Below, in pieces: positions 26,981 through 37,029 of a stretch of DNA of 64,000 nt (position 1 is its first letter; each line of letters begins with the position of its first letter). The notes beneath the pieces are model-generated. The model saw nothing but the letters and a program-made list of their open reading frames with translations, made no database searches and had not been told where the DNA came from. The stretch comes from a virus. The stretch lies in IMG/VR virus record IMGVR_UViG_3300012983_003032. One strand, 5' to 3'. The position numbers and the translations under genes were made by a program.

Positions 26981-26990
26981 TACTAATTTA
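26981..26990 (+). promoter_or_regulatory. TACTAATTTA motif 33 nt upstream of the 1000-aa structural gene
   Basis: See motif finding. Confidence 0.3.
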
Positions 26991-27023
26991 ATAATTTTAC
27001 TTTTATTTTAAGGAGAATAATAC

Positions 27024-30000
27024 ATGAAATCATTTCGTCTTATATTTGTAGACCAAGATGAAAGCTATACAGTACAAACTGTTACTAGCCCTATTAAAGG
27101 TTTCATTTCAGTACGTGCCCCTAAAGGTACAACTGAAGCAATGTATTTTGAATACGGAAATGAAAAGGCAATAGATGCTATGATAGGTCTTGGTACTGCT
27201 GATTGGCCTGATATTAAAGAGGCAGTGGCATTTAACAGGTCTTATGGACTTTATATTTCTGCACCACCAGGAAATTGTGAAGACTACCCTACATATTATG
27301 GTGGATGTTATTTAACAACAAAAGGTTTATTTAACTTCTGGAGAGTAAATGACCCAGACGAACCTTCTTTTGATATTCAAGTTTACCCAGGATTTGAAAA
27401 TGTAGACTATGATGAAACTTTTGCTAAGTCAGAAATTGATGTTGTAGATATCAATACTGAGGCAGGAAAATCTTCTATTATTAAGATTACAAATATCGAC
27501 GCAAGAGTTTTCCAGAGAATGTCTTACTTTACTCTTAAATGTTGGGCAGACACTTCTACAAGAATTGGTGAAAATGAAGAAATTAAATATCACTTGGTAA
27601 ACGGAAAGATTTTCTCAGTTTATGACGACGAAGATTCTGAAATTCAAGCAGGTTTCTATGAACTTACAAGTGACGGTACTTATAATATCATTTTAGGTGC
27701 AACCGCAATTACTTCTCAAGACGATATCGTTCCAATTGATAAAAACATTACTACAGTTGTTGTTGTAACACCTTCTGCTACTAACGGTGGAGAAACTACT
27801 ACAGTAAGTTCTTTCTCTAGAGCAAGATTTGTAAGTACTTATAAATTAAAAGAAGGAAGATTCTTCTATAAAGATAAGGCTTGCACTGTACAGGCTGGTA
27901 TTTCTTCAACTGACGCAGATGGAAACACTATTACTGAGGATATGCCATCTACAGTATATGTAAAGGCAGCAGATATTGACACATTAAATGTAACAAAATA
28001 TACACCATCAAAGAATACTTTGAGTACACCTCATGTACCATACTTTGATATGACAAAGTTCTTGGGTGAGTATAACGCATTTGATATTTCAACAATTTAT
28101 TCTGATGATATTGAAGGACTTACAGGTCTTGAACTTATTAGATATCTTATCTTGAATGGATGTAGTAGTCTTGTTACTCTTAAAGGTAAGTTCAATAATG
28201 CAAATGTTGAAAAATACATTACTCCTACAGTTGGTCTTGTAGATAGAATCTACTGGAATATCAATGTAAAGAATGACTGTTTTATGTACGTTTCTCAGAA
28301 GTCACCTAACGAAACTCCTACTTCTATCACTATTAGTAACATTGGTTATGATAAGTATAAGTATGATATGCACGTTAGCTACATTTTGAAATCTGACTTC
28401 GACAAATTCAGAGACGGCTCTGTTGCACCTGACGGATTTATCAAAGCTGTTATTGCAAGTAATGCTGACGGTATTATTGACGTAGTAACTTCTACAGCTG
28501 AAAAAGACTTCTTAACACCAAGTACTAACCTCCATGCACTTTATCAGTATAGTACTGTAACAGGTGAATGGGTAGACGTTACACCAAATTATAAGACTAA
28601 GACTTTCTATATTGACGGACCTTTGGATTGTAAAGGTGTTAATGATAATAGTACAGTTAATGCTTTCTGTAAGTATACAATCTGGAAGATTGTAAATGTA
28701 AAAAAACCTGACTCATTTGAACATGAAACATATCAGATGAAGAATGGTGGAAACTATCCTTTGAAGTCTGATATTAACTATAACACTGTAACTATTTCTT
28801 GTAAAGAAAAAGTTTACCCAGGTACTTATACAACTGGTGGTACACATTATGGTTCTTTGAACCCAGAAGGTGTAGATGCAGCAGGAACAAATATTTATTT
28901 CCCTAACGTTCTTCCTAATGAAGAAACTGCTACATTCTTTAATGTTTATCCAGTTCATACTTTAGAGGAATTAGGTTGTGTAAATGATAATGGATTCTAT
29001 ACTGGTGTTAAGATTGTTGACCCAATCGGACCAGAACAAGATACATATACATTTACTATTAAAGGTCAGAGACCTATGACAGCCGCAGTTCAGGCTAACA
29101 TTGATGCAGGTACTGTAGGATGTGCTTGGACAACTAACGAAGTTTATGGTACTAGAGTAGACGCAATCTTCGAGGCTGCAATTAATGACTCTATTATTGA
29201 ATGTCAGGACGATATCTATGACGATGCACTTGTTATTATGGAATGTTCTGGACAGGAAGTATTTAAGTCTGCTTTAATGTCTTTAAGACAATCTCACCGT
29301 GATACAAGTACTATTATCTCTCCAAAGATTATTACTAAGGCAGAGTTTAATAATCCAAATACTATTGTAGTAAATGGTCGTGTAACAGGTACTGCACAGT
29401 ATATCGGTGAATTCAAGATGTATGACTCTAACACAGGTAAGTATTACTGGTGTCAACCAATTGGTGACGTTGGTGCTATGCTTGCTCGTATTATGGAAAA
29501 GAAATATGGTGGAATTGCACCTGCGGGTACAAATGATAGTCAGGGTCTTGGTGGTGTTCTTCCAAGAGCAGTTCTTGCTGCAAAGTGGAACTTCAAAGAT
29601 TCTCAGTTACAGATTCTTGACGGAAAAGGTTTGAACCCTATCACATTTGACTCAAAATATGGTCTTATGATGCAAGGTCAGAAAACAACTCAAGACCCAG
29701 ATAACGTAACTGACTGGTCTTACCTTGGACACTCAATGTCATTTGACTTGTGTAAACGTGAAATCCGTGATAACGTAATGGTTAAACAAGTTCACAAACG
29801 TATTAGTGATAACTACTTCACTATTCGTGAAAAGCAGGTTAAGGCTATCCTTGACAAACGTACAACTGGTAATGACCCTATTTGGGCACTTGCTACTGTT
29901 GACGTTGCTGGTGTTAATACTCCTTCAACTATGGCACAGAGAAAGTTCTGTATCAAGGTTAAAGTTAAAGTGTACGTGTACAGCGATTTTGTGGAACTCA

Positions 30001-30026
30001 CATTCGTTACGCTCGGACAGGAGTAA
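27024..30026 (+). CDS. large virion structural protein (1000 aa), beta-rich
   Basis: Strong SD AAGGAGA. T/S/N/V-rich composition typical of capsid/sheath/fibre proteins. Unusual C-terminus KVKVKVYVYSDFVELTFVTLGQE. Confidence 0.6.
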   Translation: MKSFRLIFVDQDESYTVQTVTSPIKGFISVRAPKGTTEAMYFEYGNEKAIDAMIGLGTADWPDIKEAVAFNRSYGLYISAPPGNCEDYPTYYGGCYLTTKGLFNFWRVNDPDEPSFDIQVYPGFENVDYDETFAKSEIDVVDINTEAGKSSIIKITNIDARVFQRMSYFTLKCWADTSTRIGENEEIKYHLVNGKIFSVYDDEDSEIQAGFYELTSDGTYNIILGATAITSQDDIVPIDKNITTVVVVTPSATNGGETTTVSSFSRARFVSTYKLKEGRFFYKDKACTVQAGISSTDADGNTITEDMPSTVYVKAADIDTLNVTKYTPSKNTLSTPHVPYFDMTKFLGEYNAFDISTIYSDDIEGLTGLELIRYLILNGCSSLVTLKGKFNNANVEKYITPTVGLVDRIYWNINVKNDCFMYVSQKSPNETPTSITISNIGYDKYKYDMHVSYILKSDFDKFRDGSVAPDGFIKAVIASNADGIIDVVTSTAEKDFLTPSTNLHALYQYSTVTGEWVDVTPNYKTKTFYIDGPLDCKGVNDNSTVNAFCKYTIWKIVNVKKPDSFEHETYQMKNGGNYPLKSDINYNTVTISCKEKVYPGTYTTGGTHYGSLNPEGVDAAGTNIYFPNVLPNEETATFFNVYPVHTLEELGCVNDNGFYTGVKIVDPIGPEQDTYTFTIKGQRPMTAAVQANIDAGTVGCAWTTNEVYGTRVDAIFEAAINDSIIECQDDIYDDALVIMECSGQEVFKSALMSLRQSHRDTSTIISPKIITKAEFNNPNTIVVNGRVTGTAQYIGEFKMYDSNTGKYYWCQPIGDVGAMLARIMEKKYGGIAPAGTNDSQGLGGVLPRAVLAAKWNFKDSQLQILDGKGLNPITFDSKYGLMMQGQKTTQDPDNVTDWSYLGHSMSFDLCKREIRDNVMVKQVHKRISDNYFTIREKQVKAILDKRTTGNDPIWALATVDVAGVNTPSTMAQRKFCIKVKVKVYVYSDFVELTFVTLGQE

Positions 30027-30044
30027 ATTGTTAATTTAACAATT
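30026..30044. promoter_or_regulatory. perfect 19-bp palindrome AATTGTTAATTTAACAATT, nested in gtggaa...ttccac
   Basis: Read directly. Lies immediately after the stop of the 1000-aa ORF and upstream of the HNH ORF. Confidence 0.4.
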
Positions 30045-30197
30045 CCACTACAGCCTACTAATTAGTGTTAATATATATACTAAGGAGTAGGCTTCAAGTT
30101 TAAAACTTATAATGATTTAATAACCTTTGCAGTAAGCAGAAATTGGAATAGGAACTCATATGAATATTTAGAGTTACATCATATTTTACCAAAAAAT

Positions 30198-31166
30198 ATG
30201 GGAGGAAACGATAGTCCTGAAAATTTGGTTTTTTTAAAAGTTGGGGAACACGTTGAAGCACATTATTTATTTGCAATGGAGCATCAATGGAATAAAAAAA
30301 TATATTATGCAAACTTAAATGCAGCTTGGATTATTATACATGGAAAAACTTTAGGTAGTAATATTAGAAGTCAATATATATCAGACTGGTTAAAAGATAA
30401 GGACAATCAAGATAAATTATCTGAAATAAAATTATTATTACGTAATCAACCCAGACCAAAAAGAAATATTGAAAAACAACCCCATTATTGGATGGCCCTA
30501 AATACTAGGTATCCAAGTTATGTTACAGAAAAGAGTATTTTTAAGTATTTACAAACAGGGTATATAAAACTAGACGACTGCCCTATATGTCATAATCCTA
30601 ATTCTGAAACTTCTTTTGCTTGTTGCAAAGAACATGAAGAACAATATATACTACAGAAAAAACAAGAGTATAAGACCCTCAAGGCAGAACAAACAAGAGA
30701 GTCTTGGACTAGACAAGAGGATAGAGAACTTCGTATTAAGAACAGCTTGGGTAAGAATACTGAAAAAGGAAGGTTCTTTTGGGCAACCAATGGAGTAGAA
30801 GACATTCAAATATTCAAGGGTGAAGATATTCCTGACGGATATATTAGAGGGCGTTCTAAGAATATTCCTACTCCTAATCATACAGACGAATCAAAAAGAA
30901 AACAGTCTGAACGTAGAAAAAATTGTTGTTATGTATGGAAGGATGATGTCCCTTGTAAAGAAATACAAAAGTCTGAATTAGAGGAATATTTAAGTCAAGG
31001 TTGGCATAGAGGAAGAAAACCTGGGACAGTAAATAGACCTAAAGGATTTAAACAACCTCAAATGGCTTGGGTAAATAAAAATGGTGAAATATTAAAGATA
31101 AGAGCAGATGACTTAGACAAGTACATATCTAATGGATATTCCAGGGGCAGAGGTTCTAAAGTTTAA
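30198..31166 (+). CDS. HNH homing-endonuclease-like protein; conserved HNH motif is encoded upstream of the first ATG
   Basis: In-frame upstream sequence (open from 30084) reads ...YEYLELHHILPKN-M-GGNDSPENLVFLKVGEHVEAH (H-H...N...H HNH signature). There is no ATG/GTG/TTG in frame before 30198. The rest is K/R-rich with CxxC ... C ... H pairs. Confidence 0.65.
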   Translation: MGGNDSPENLVFLKVGEHVEAHYLFAMEHQWNKKIYYANLNAAWIIIHGKTLGSNIRSQYISDWLKDKDNQDKLSEIKLLLRNQPRPKRNIEKQPHYWMALNTRYPSYVTEKSIFKYLQTGYIKLDDCPICHNPNSETSFACCKEHEEQYILQKKQEYKTLKAEQTRESWTRQEDRELRIKNSLGKNTEKGRFFWATNGVEDIQIFKGEDIPDGYIRGRSKNIPTPNHTDESKRKQSERRKNCCYVWKDDVPCKEIQKSELEEYLSQGWHRGRKPGTVNRPKGFKQPQMAWVNKNGEILKIRADDLDKYISNGYSRGRGSKV

Positions 31167-31279
31167 TTGTATTTTTATTTTTAAAAATAATTATTTTTTT
31201 AACTACCCCACACGTAAAATCAAATATTTAAGATTTGTTAATATATTTTTATAAATATAAAATTTTGGAGGTTAAAGCA

Positions 31280-32773
31280 ATGTTATTTATTGCAGGTATT
31301 GTAGCAGTAGTACTTTTGATATTACTGTTTATTACATCTTACATTAAGGCTTCACCTGATGAGGCTTTAATTGTTTCAGGTCTTCGTAAAAAACCAAAGA
31401 TTATTATTGGTAAGTCGGGATTTAGAATTCCTTTCTTGGAAAAGAAAGACCGACTCTCTCTTAAACTTATCCCTATTGATGTAAAAACCAGCTCGTCTGT
31501 ACCGACTGCAGACTATATCAACATTAATGTTGACGCAGTAGTAAACGTAAAAGTTTCAGATGACTTTGAAAAAATTAATCTTGCAGCACAGAACTTCTTG
31601 AATAAAGATACTGAAAAAATTGGTGCAATTGCCCGCGAGGTACTTGAGGGTAATATGCGTGAGATTGTAGGACAGATGACATTGGAACAGATGGTTTCTG
31701 ACCGACAAACTTTTGCCGAAAAAGTAAAGGATAATGCAGCTCCAGACCTTGCAAAGATGGGATTGGATATTGTTTCTTTTAATGTTCAGAACTTTATTGA
31801 TAATAATAATGTTATTGAAGACCTTGGTGTTGATAACATTACTAAAATTCGTAAAAAGGCTGCAATTGCAAAGGCACAGTCTGAAAAGGAAATTGCTGTT
31901 GAACAAGCTAAGGCTCGTAAAGAGGCAAATGACGCAAAGATTGAGTCTGATACACAGATTGCTATTAAAGAAAATGCACTTGCATTGAAGAAGTCTGAAT
32001 TGGACGCAAAAGCGGGTACTGAAAAGGCAAAGGCAGATGCAGCATATAAGATTCAACTTGAGGAACAGAGGAAAACTCTTGAAATTACAACTGCAAACGC
32101 AAATATTGCAAAGCAGGAAAAAGAGGTAGAAATCCGTCGTAAAGAAGTAGAAGTCCAGGAACAAACTCTTGACGCACAAATCAAGAAACAAGCAGAGGCA
32201 GATAAGTATGCAGCATTACAAAAAGCCGACGCAGATTTGTATACTCGTCAGAAAGAGGCTGAGGCAAGAGCATTTGAACTTCAAAAACAAGCTGAGGCAG
32301 AGGCTTATCAGAGACAGAAGAAAGCAGAGGCAGATAAAGCTGCAATGGAAAATGAAGCAACTGGTAAGAAAGCTCTTGCAGAGGCTGTTCAGGCACAAGG
32401 TGAGGCAGAAGCCGAGGCAATTAAAGCTAAACTTGTTGCAGAAGCTGATGGTATGCGTGAAAAGGCAGAGGCACTTAAAGAATATGGTGATGCTGCTAAA
32501 CAACAAATGCAACTTGACGCACTTAAAGTTTACTTTGAACAGTTGCCAAAGATTGCAGAGGCAGCAGGTAAAGCATACCAGAGTGTTGACAAGATTTATA
32601 TGTACGGTGGAGACTCTTCAAAGTTGCAAAGTGATATTATGAAGAATGTTACACAGGTTTCAGAGGGTCTTGGTCAGACAATGGGTATTGACCTTAAAAC
32701 ACTTCTTGGTGCTTTCGTAGGTAGTAAACTTGCTGGCAAAGGCACAGACTTAGAATTGCCTAAGACAGAATAA
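31280..32773 (+). CDS. SPFH (band-7/flotillin-like) membrane protein with long coiled-coil EA-rich tail
   Basis: N-terminal TM MLFIAGIVAVVLLILLFI, then a YqiK/flotillin-like SPFH core (ALIVSGLRKKPKIIIGKSGFRIPFLEKKDRLSLKLIPIDV...INVDAVVNVKV), then a ~250-aa KAEA-repeat coiled coil. ATG at 31280 after GGAGG; the table ORF from 31235 is an extension. Confidence 0.75.
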   Translation: MLFIAGIVAVVLLILLFITSYIKASPDEALIVSGLRKKPKIIIGKSGFRIPFLEKKDRLSLKLIPIDVKTSSSVPTADYININVDAVVNVKVSDDFEKINLAAQNFLNKDTEKIGAIAREVLEGNMREIVGQMTLEQMVSDRQTFAEKVKDNAAPDLAKMGLDIVSFNVQNFIDNNNVIEDLGVDNITKIRKKAAIAKAQSEKEIAVEQAKARKEANDAKIESDTQIAIKENALALKKSELDAKAGTEKAKADAAYKIQLEEQRKTLEITTANANIAKQEKEVEIRRKEVEVQEQTLDAQIKKQAEADKYAALQKADADLYTRQKEAEARAFELQKQAEAEAYQRQKKAEADKAAMENEATGKKALAEAVQAQGEAEAEAIKAKLVAEADGMREKAEALKEYGDAAKQQMQLDALKVYFEQLPKIAEAAGKAYQSVDKIYMYGGDSSKLQSDIMKNVTQVSEGLGQTMGIDLKTLLGAFVGSKLAGKGTDLELPKTE

Positions 32774-32782
32774 TTCATTTCT

Positions 32783-32821
32783 AAAAAGGTATATCCTATT
32801 ATATAGGATATACCTTTTTAT
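32783..32821 (+). terminator. intrinsic terminator (aggtatatcctat-tata-taggatatacct + TTTTT)
   Basis: 13-bp perfect stem. Confidence 0.65.
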
Positions 32822-32942
32822 AGTAAACGAGTGTAGAAAAATATTTAGTCTTTATCCAAACATAAGAATATGCACAATATGTTAATATATTTATATATCT
32901 AAAAAATAATATAGATTAAAAATATTTTAAGACGGAGAAATA

Positions 32943-33725
32943 ATGATAAAAATTTTACCTTGGACTTATAAAGACCCTTTAAACATGATAGGGGCATGTG
33001 CAGGATACTGTTGGGGAAGTAATACTACTAATCCCGAAGAAAATATAAAACGTGCAAAGTTTTGTATTAAAAGTAATCATGGTCGAGTTGAGGAATTTCC
33101 CGATATTTATTGTACAATAGACGGATATTCTGCGCGTTGTATTCGTGAATTATCAAGACATTGTGTGGGAACAACTTTTTTACAAAGTAGTACCAGATAT
33201 GTTGACGCAAAGGATATGAATCCTAGAGAGGACTTTTTTTATCCGTATGGTCTTGATACGACCCAAACAGACGTTCTTTTTAAAGGTTATAAGAAAATAA
33301 TGGAAACTTATAATGAATTAGAAAGTTTAGATGTAAATAAAGAAGATGCTGCAAATATTTTACCATTAGGAATGAATACTGACATAGTATGGAAATTAAA
33401 TGTTAGGGCATTAATCCATTTTATGGAGTTAAGACTTTGCAGTCGTGCATATAAAGAGATTCGTCAATTATGTATTGAACTTAAAAATAAGATGTCTGTA
33501 TATTCCGAAGAATGGAAATGGATTGCAGATAACTATTTTGTTCCGTCCTGCAAAACTCGTGGGTATTGTATTGAGGCTCAGTGTTGTGGTGTAGCACCTA
33601 AAGGTCTTAAAGGCCTTCAAGAAAAAAATATTACTGATTTTGTAAAATACTTATCTGAAAATACTACTGTGGATATAACTACAATAAAGGATATTATTCC
33701 AAGCTTTTTGGAGGAACCTAAATGA
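32943..33725 (+). CDS. thyX: flavin-dependent thymidylate synthase ThyX
   Basis: ThyX signature RHRx7S present as LSRHCVGTTFLQSSTRY; size 260 aa. Confidence 0.85.
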   Translation: MIKILPWTYKDPLNMIGACAGYCWGSNTTNPEENIKRAKFCIKSNHGRVEEFPDIYCTIDGYSARCIRELSRHCVGTTFLQSSTRYVDAKDMNPREDFFYPYGLDTTQTDVLFKGYKKIMETYNELESLDVNKEDAANILPLGMNTDIVWKLNVRALIHFMELRLCSRAYKEIRQLCIELKNKMSVYSEEWKWIADNYFVPSCKTRGYCIEAQCCGVAPKGLKGLQEKNITDFVKYLSENTTVDITTIKDIIPSFLEEPK

Positions 33726-34015
33726 AATTAGAAGAATGGCAGAAAGAACTTGGTGATGTTATAACTGAACAAAATGTAGAGAAAGTAGATTTCTTTGCCA
33801 AATGTGCTATAAGACTTGATGAACTTGAGCTCAAGATTTTTTTGAGATTATTAGAATTGGACGACAATGGTCCTGGAAGACATCATAGTATAGATGATAT
33901 TTTAAAATATGTTGCAGTAAATGAAAATATAACGCAACAGTCTATTGATAAATGTTATATTGCCTCAAAGAAGGCATTTGATGACTTAGTGGAAAAAGCA
34001 AAAACTTATTTATGA
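33722..34015 (+). CDS. hypothetical acidic protein with possible C-terminal HTH
   Basis: ATGA overlap with thyX. The ENITQQSIDKCYIASKKAFDDL segment resembles sigma-70 region 4-type HTH (weak). Confidence 0.4.
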   Translation: MKLEEWQKELGDVITEQNVEKVDFFAKCAIRLDELELKIFLRLLELDDNGPGRHHSIDDILKYVAVNENITQQSIDKCYIASKKAFDDLVEKAKTYL

Positions 34016-34026
34016 GGTGAAAATAA

Positions 34027-34185
34027 ATGGACTTTGAAGACTTTGCAAAAACTGAAATTTTTAAACTTTTATTTAAAAAGTTCACAGTTGCAGGTACAGA
34101 GGGGGAACTCTACAAGGTAATGCAGCAGTATTATAATGAAGTAGAGTATTTTTTGAATTTAAATAAGGAGGACGACGGGAAATGA
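34027..34185 (+). CDS. hypothetical small protein (52 aa; not in ORF table)
   Basis: ATG 34027 after GAGGTGA. Stop TGA overlaps the next ATG (ATGA). Confidence 0.3.
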   Translation: MDFEDFAKTEIFKLLFKKFTVAGTEGELYKVMQQYYNEVEYFLNLNKEDDGK

Positions 34186-34667
34186 CATATGCCAAGTTAG
34201 AAAGAATTGCGTGTAGACTAAGACAGCGTGCAGATGAAGAGTGGAAAAAATTAGATGGTTTTTATCCAGCAAAAAAATTAGATACTCAAGAAGATTGGGT
34301 AGAGTTTGACGGTGACGATTATTTTACACAGATTAAATTCTATTGGGACTGCTCAAATGTTCTTACTAGTATCGAAAATATCTTGCTTGACGCAAGAGAA
34401 GTTTCTAGTATGGTAGTAATTCTTAAATATGAGGATGATTTTCTTAAAAAATTGGATAGTGAAGTTAATAAGACTAGGTCTACTATGAAGTCTCTTAATT
34501 ATGAGACTTCCACAATAAGGATTGATTTTTCAAAATTGTTGGAAACTTATGAAAAACAGAGAAAAATTGTTGCGTCTCTTGAAGAGGATATTCAGGCTAA
34601 AAAACTAGAAACTAATGTAGAGGTTAGTCAGGAGATAATGACTTTCCTTGATAAATATGCTAACTAA
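34182..34667 (+). CDS. hypothetical protein (161 aa)
   Basis: SD AAGGAGG upstream. Confidence 0.45.
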   Translation: MTYAKLERIACRLRQRADEEWKKLDGFYPAKKLDTQEDWVEFDGDDYFTQIKFYWDCSNVLTSIENILLDAREVSSMVVILKYEDDFLKKLDSEVNKTRSTMKSLNYETSTIRIDFSKLLETYEKQRKIVASLEEDIQAKKLETNVEVSQEIMTFLDKYAN

Positions 34668-34673
34668 TTCTTA

Positions 34674-34702
34674 AAGGCACCCAATTTGGGTGCCTTTTTT
34701 AA
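34674..34702 (+). terminator. intrinsic terminator (aggcaccca-attt-gggtgcct + TTTTTT)
   Basis: Perfect stem plus T-run. Confidence 0.65.
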
Positions 34703-34763
34703 TTGATTTTACCTTAAATATAACTAACTATGTATAAATATTATTTTTTAAGAGGAATTAATA

Positions 34764-36935
34764 ATGGAAAAAAGAATAAGATTTAGTGAAGTACAGCTAA
34801 ATAGTGAAGTAGGTGATGTTCTTAAAAAAATTGCTAAATCATCGTCATTAAAGTTATCTGATAAAGCTATTAATGATGCTATTTTAGCTTGTGACGTATA
34901 TGAGCCTTTTACTAGTAAAAAAAGAGAGGATATTGAAAAGCCTGAGGCTGAAAATTATAATACTGTACCTGACGACTACTTTGATAGTAATATAGATTTT
35001 AGCCGTAATGATAAGGGTACTAAGTCACTTAGTAAAGATGTACGCAACGCTCAAATTCATACATATGGAAAAGACCTTCTTCAGAACGCCCCAAATATTA
35101 AAAAAGACACTTGGGATATGAAGGCTGCACTTACAACAGGTCAAAAAATTAAAATTGTTATTTCTGACCCTGACTATGAAAGAATTGGTATTCAAAATGA
35201 GGCAATTCTTTTAAATACTTATATTTATTTAATGGGTAAAGGTCCTCAACCAGCAGTGTTGGCAAGACCTGCTTGGGAGGATAAAGACGGGAATTTGATT
35301 GTTTCTGACGAGCCTATAAATGTAGAACAGATTAGAACCTACCTTTTGGTTCAATTTTCATATAATATTAGACAAGGTATGTTTGACGTATTAAGACCTA
35401 GTGTTAATAGTGATAATCCTACACAAGATAGATTAAGACGTAAGTGGGGATTGGCAAAAACTTTGGCTTGTGCCCCTGAAGATTTGGACTTAGATTGGTT
35501 CTATACATTAGGTATGTTATTCTTAACAGAAGGCTTCTGGGACACTGTTAGGGCAACAAGTAATCTTAGTAGGGTTAGAGACAACCCTAATAAAGACGGT
35601 GAAGGAATAACAGAGGAAGATATTGCGGAATTGTCTAAAACTAATCCAGGAAAGGGAACATTAAATGTAGACAAGGGATTACTTCTTGACACTAAAACTC
35701 AGGAATATCTTTCATCTGCTAAGGCATTTAATATGGACCACTATGATGATAGTGTAACTTGTCTTATGAACTGGATAGGGTATCAGATTAGATTAAGATT
35801 TAACTATTATAGGAAAATAATAGGTGTGCAGCAAATAAGAACTTTAAGTTCTACTCATACTGTTTCTGCAGACGAAATGCAAAGTCAGGTTGATGAAAAG
35901 TCAGGTGCAAGTAGACTTGAAAAAGAGATGTTTAAGTCTGGGGCATATATTGATTCTCCAGAAGACAAAATTGCACTTAATCAGAGTCTTGAAGCTTTCT
36001 TTAAGAAAGAAAAATATTGGTTAACTGATGAAGTAGAAAACTTCAATGATACTTACCCAATTTTAAGATATATGGCTGCAATGATTGAATATCCTTGTTG
36101 TCCTGGAACAATTATCCTTAATGCAGTAGGCAGTGGGCATATTGACCCTAAGGGTAAACATATTAATAACTGGGCTGGTATATTTACTTCAGATAGAAGA
36201 CCTGCAAAAGGTTCGTTAACACAATTATCAATCAAGGTTTCTAAAAAATTAAAGGAGTATGGAATACTTGATTTCTTTATGGGATTAGTTAATCACTTTG
36301 GTGGTGAAGTATATAGAACTAAGATTCTTAATAATTTGAAAAAAATCTTTGATGAGTTTGAGGGTACTCCAGATAAGTCTGCTACTATACCTCTTACATT
36401 TAAGCCTCATACAGAGAGTGAAATAAGAAGTATTCAAACTAAGGGTGTAGGATATTGGTATCTTGTAGATAATAACTATGTTCAGAGAAGTCTTGATAAA
36501 TGGGATAAATATAGTAAGCCTCTTGAAGGTACAGAAAATGAAAACCTAATAGAACTTGGTGAAAATATGATTATGGATGCTTGTGATTATAATATGAACG
36601 CCATTGTTTCTACATATGCGTATAGTCCTATTACTTCTCTCTTAAAGAAAACACCAGAAATAAGAGAACTTTTGGATAATACTGCAAAAAAAGCTGAAGA
36701 TGAAGAGAATGAAAGACATAAGGCAAGTATGGAAAGAATAAATAAGGCATTGGCAAAAGACGCTGGTGTTAGAAGTGAAGAAGACCTTTCAAATTGGGAT
36801 AATGTTGATGAAGATGATATTGATAATACAAAAATCTTAAACGTGAATGAGTCTATCTTTAAGTCTATCTATAAGAAATATATGAAGAAAAAGTTGTTTG
36901 AGACTATTTATAAAAATGCTCAAAAAAGAGGCTAA
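34764..36935 (+). CDS. major virion structural protein candidate (723 aa; monocistronic, flanked by strong terminators)
   Basis: SD AAGAGGA upstream. Flanking terminators suggest high expression. Major capsid or sheath role is inferred from context only. Confidence 0.6.
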   Translation: MEKRIRFSEVQLNSEVGDVLKKIAKSSSLKLSDKAINDAILACDVYEPFTSKKREDIEKPEAENYNTVPDDYFDSNIDFSRNDKGTKSLSKDVRNAQIHTYGKDLLQNAPNIKKDTWDMKAALTTGQKIKIVISDPDYERIGIQNEAILLNTYIYLMGKGPQPAVLARPAWEDKDGNLIVSDEPINVEQIRTYLLVQFSYNIRQGMFDVLRPSVNSDNPTQDRLRRKWGLAKTLACAPEDLDLDWFYTLGMLFLTEGFWDTVRATSNLSRVRDNPNKDGEGITEEDIAELSKTNPGKGTLNVDKGLLLDTKTQEYLSSAKAFNMDHYDDSVTCLMNWIGYQIRLRFNYYRKIIGVQQIRTLSSTHTVSADEMQSQVDEKSGASRLEKEMFKSGAYIDSPEDKIALNQSLEAFFKKEKYWLTDEVENFNDTYPILRYMAAMIEYPCCPGTIILNAVGSGHIDPKGKHINNWAGIFTSDRRPAKGSLTQLSIKVSKKLKEYGILDFFMGLVNHFGGEVYRTKILNNLKKIFDEFEGTPDKSATIPLTFKPHTESEIRSIQTKGVGYWYLVDNNYVQRSLDKWDKYSKPLEGTENENLIELGENMIMDACDYNMNAIVSTYAYSPITSLLKKTPEIRELLDNTAKKAEDEENERHKASMERINKALAKDAGVRSEEDLSNWDNVDEDDIDNTKILNVNESIFKSIYKKYMKKKLFETIYKNAQKRG

Positions 36936-36954
36936 CTCTTAAAAAATAATAATT

Positions 36955-36984
36955 AAGGCTGGGTGAAGTCCCAGCCTTTTTTAT
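36955..36984 (+). terminator. intrinsic terminator (ggctggg-tgaagt-cccagcc + TTTTTT)
   Basis: Perfect 7-bp GC stem plus T-run. Confidence 0.65.
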
Positions 36985-37029
36985 TTATAATGGCAAGAAA
37001 AATGCCACTTCTTTAGTTCGTCAGAGGGT

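Noticed and set aside
29940-31280. Group I intron carrying the HNH ORF inside the 1000-aa structural gene
   Set aside because: No continuation of the structural reading frame is found downstream of the HNH gene. The next gene, flotillin, has its own SD and start. Recorded only as a possibility in the HNH finding.
31556-32512. Several minus/plus ORFs (211 aa, 157 aa, 98 aa) overlapping the flotillin gene
   Set aside because: Low-complexity Leu/Cys/Phe- or Arg/Gln-rich translations are typical of alternative frames of a GAA/GCA-rich coiled-coil coding region.
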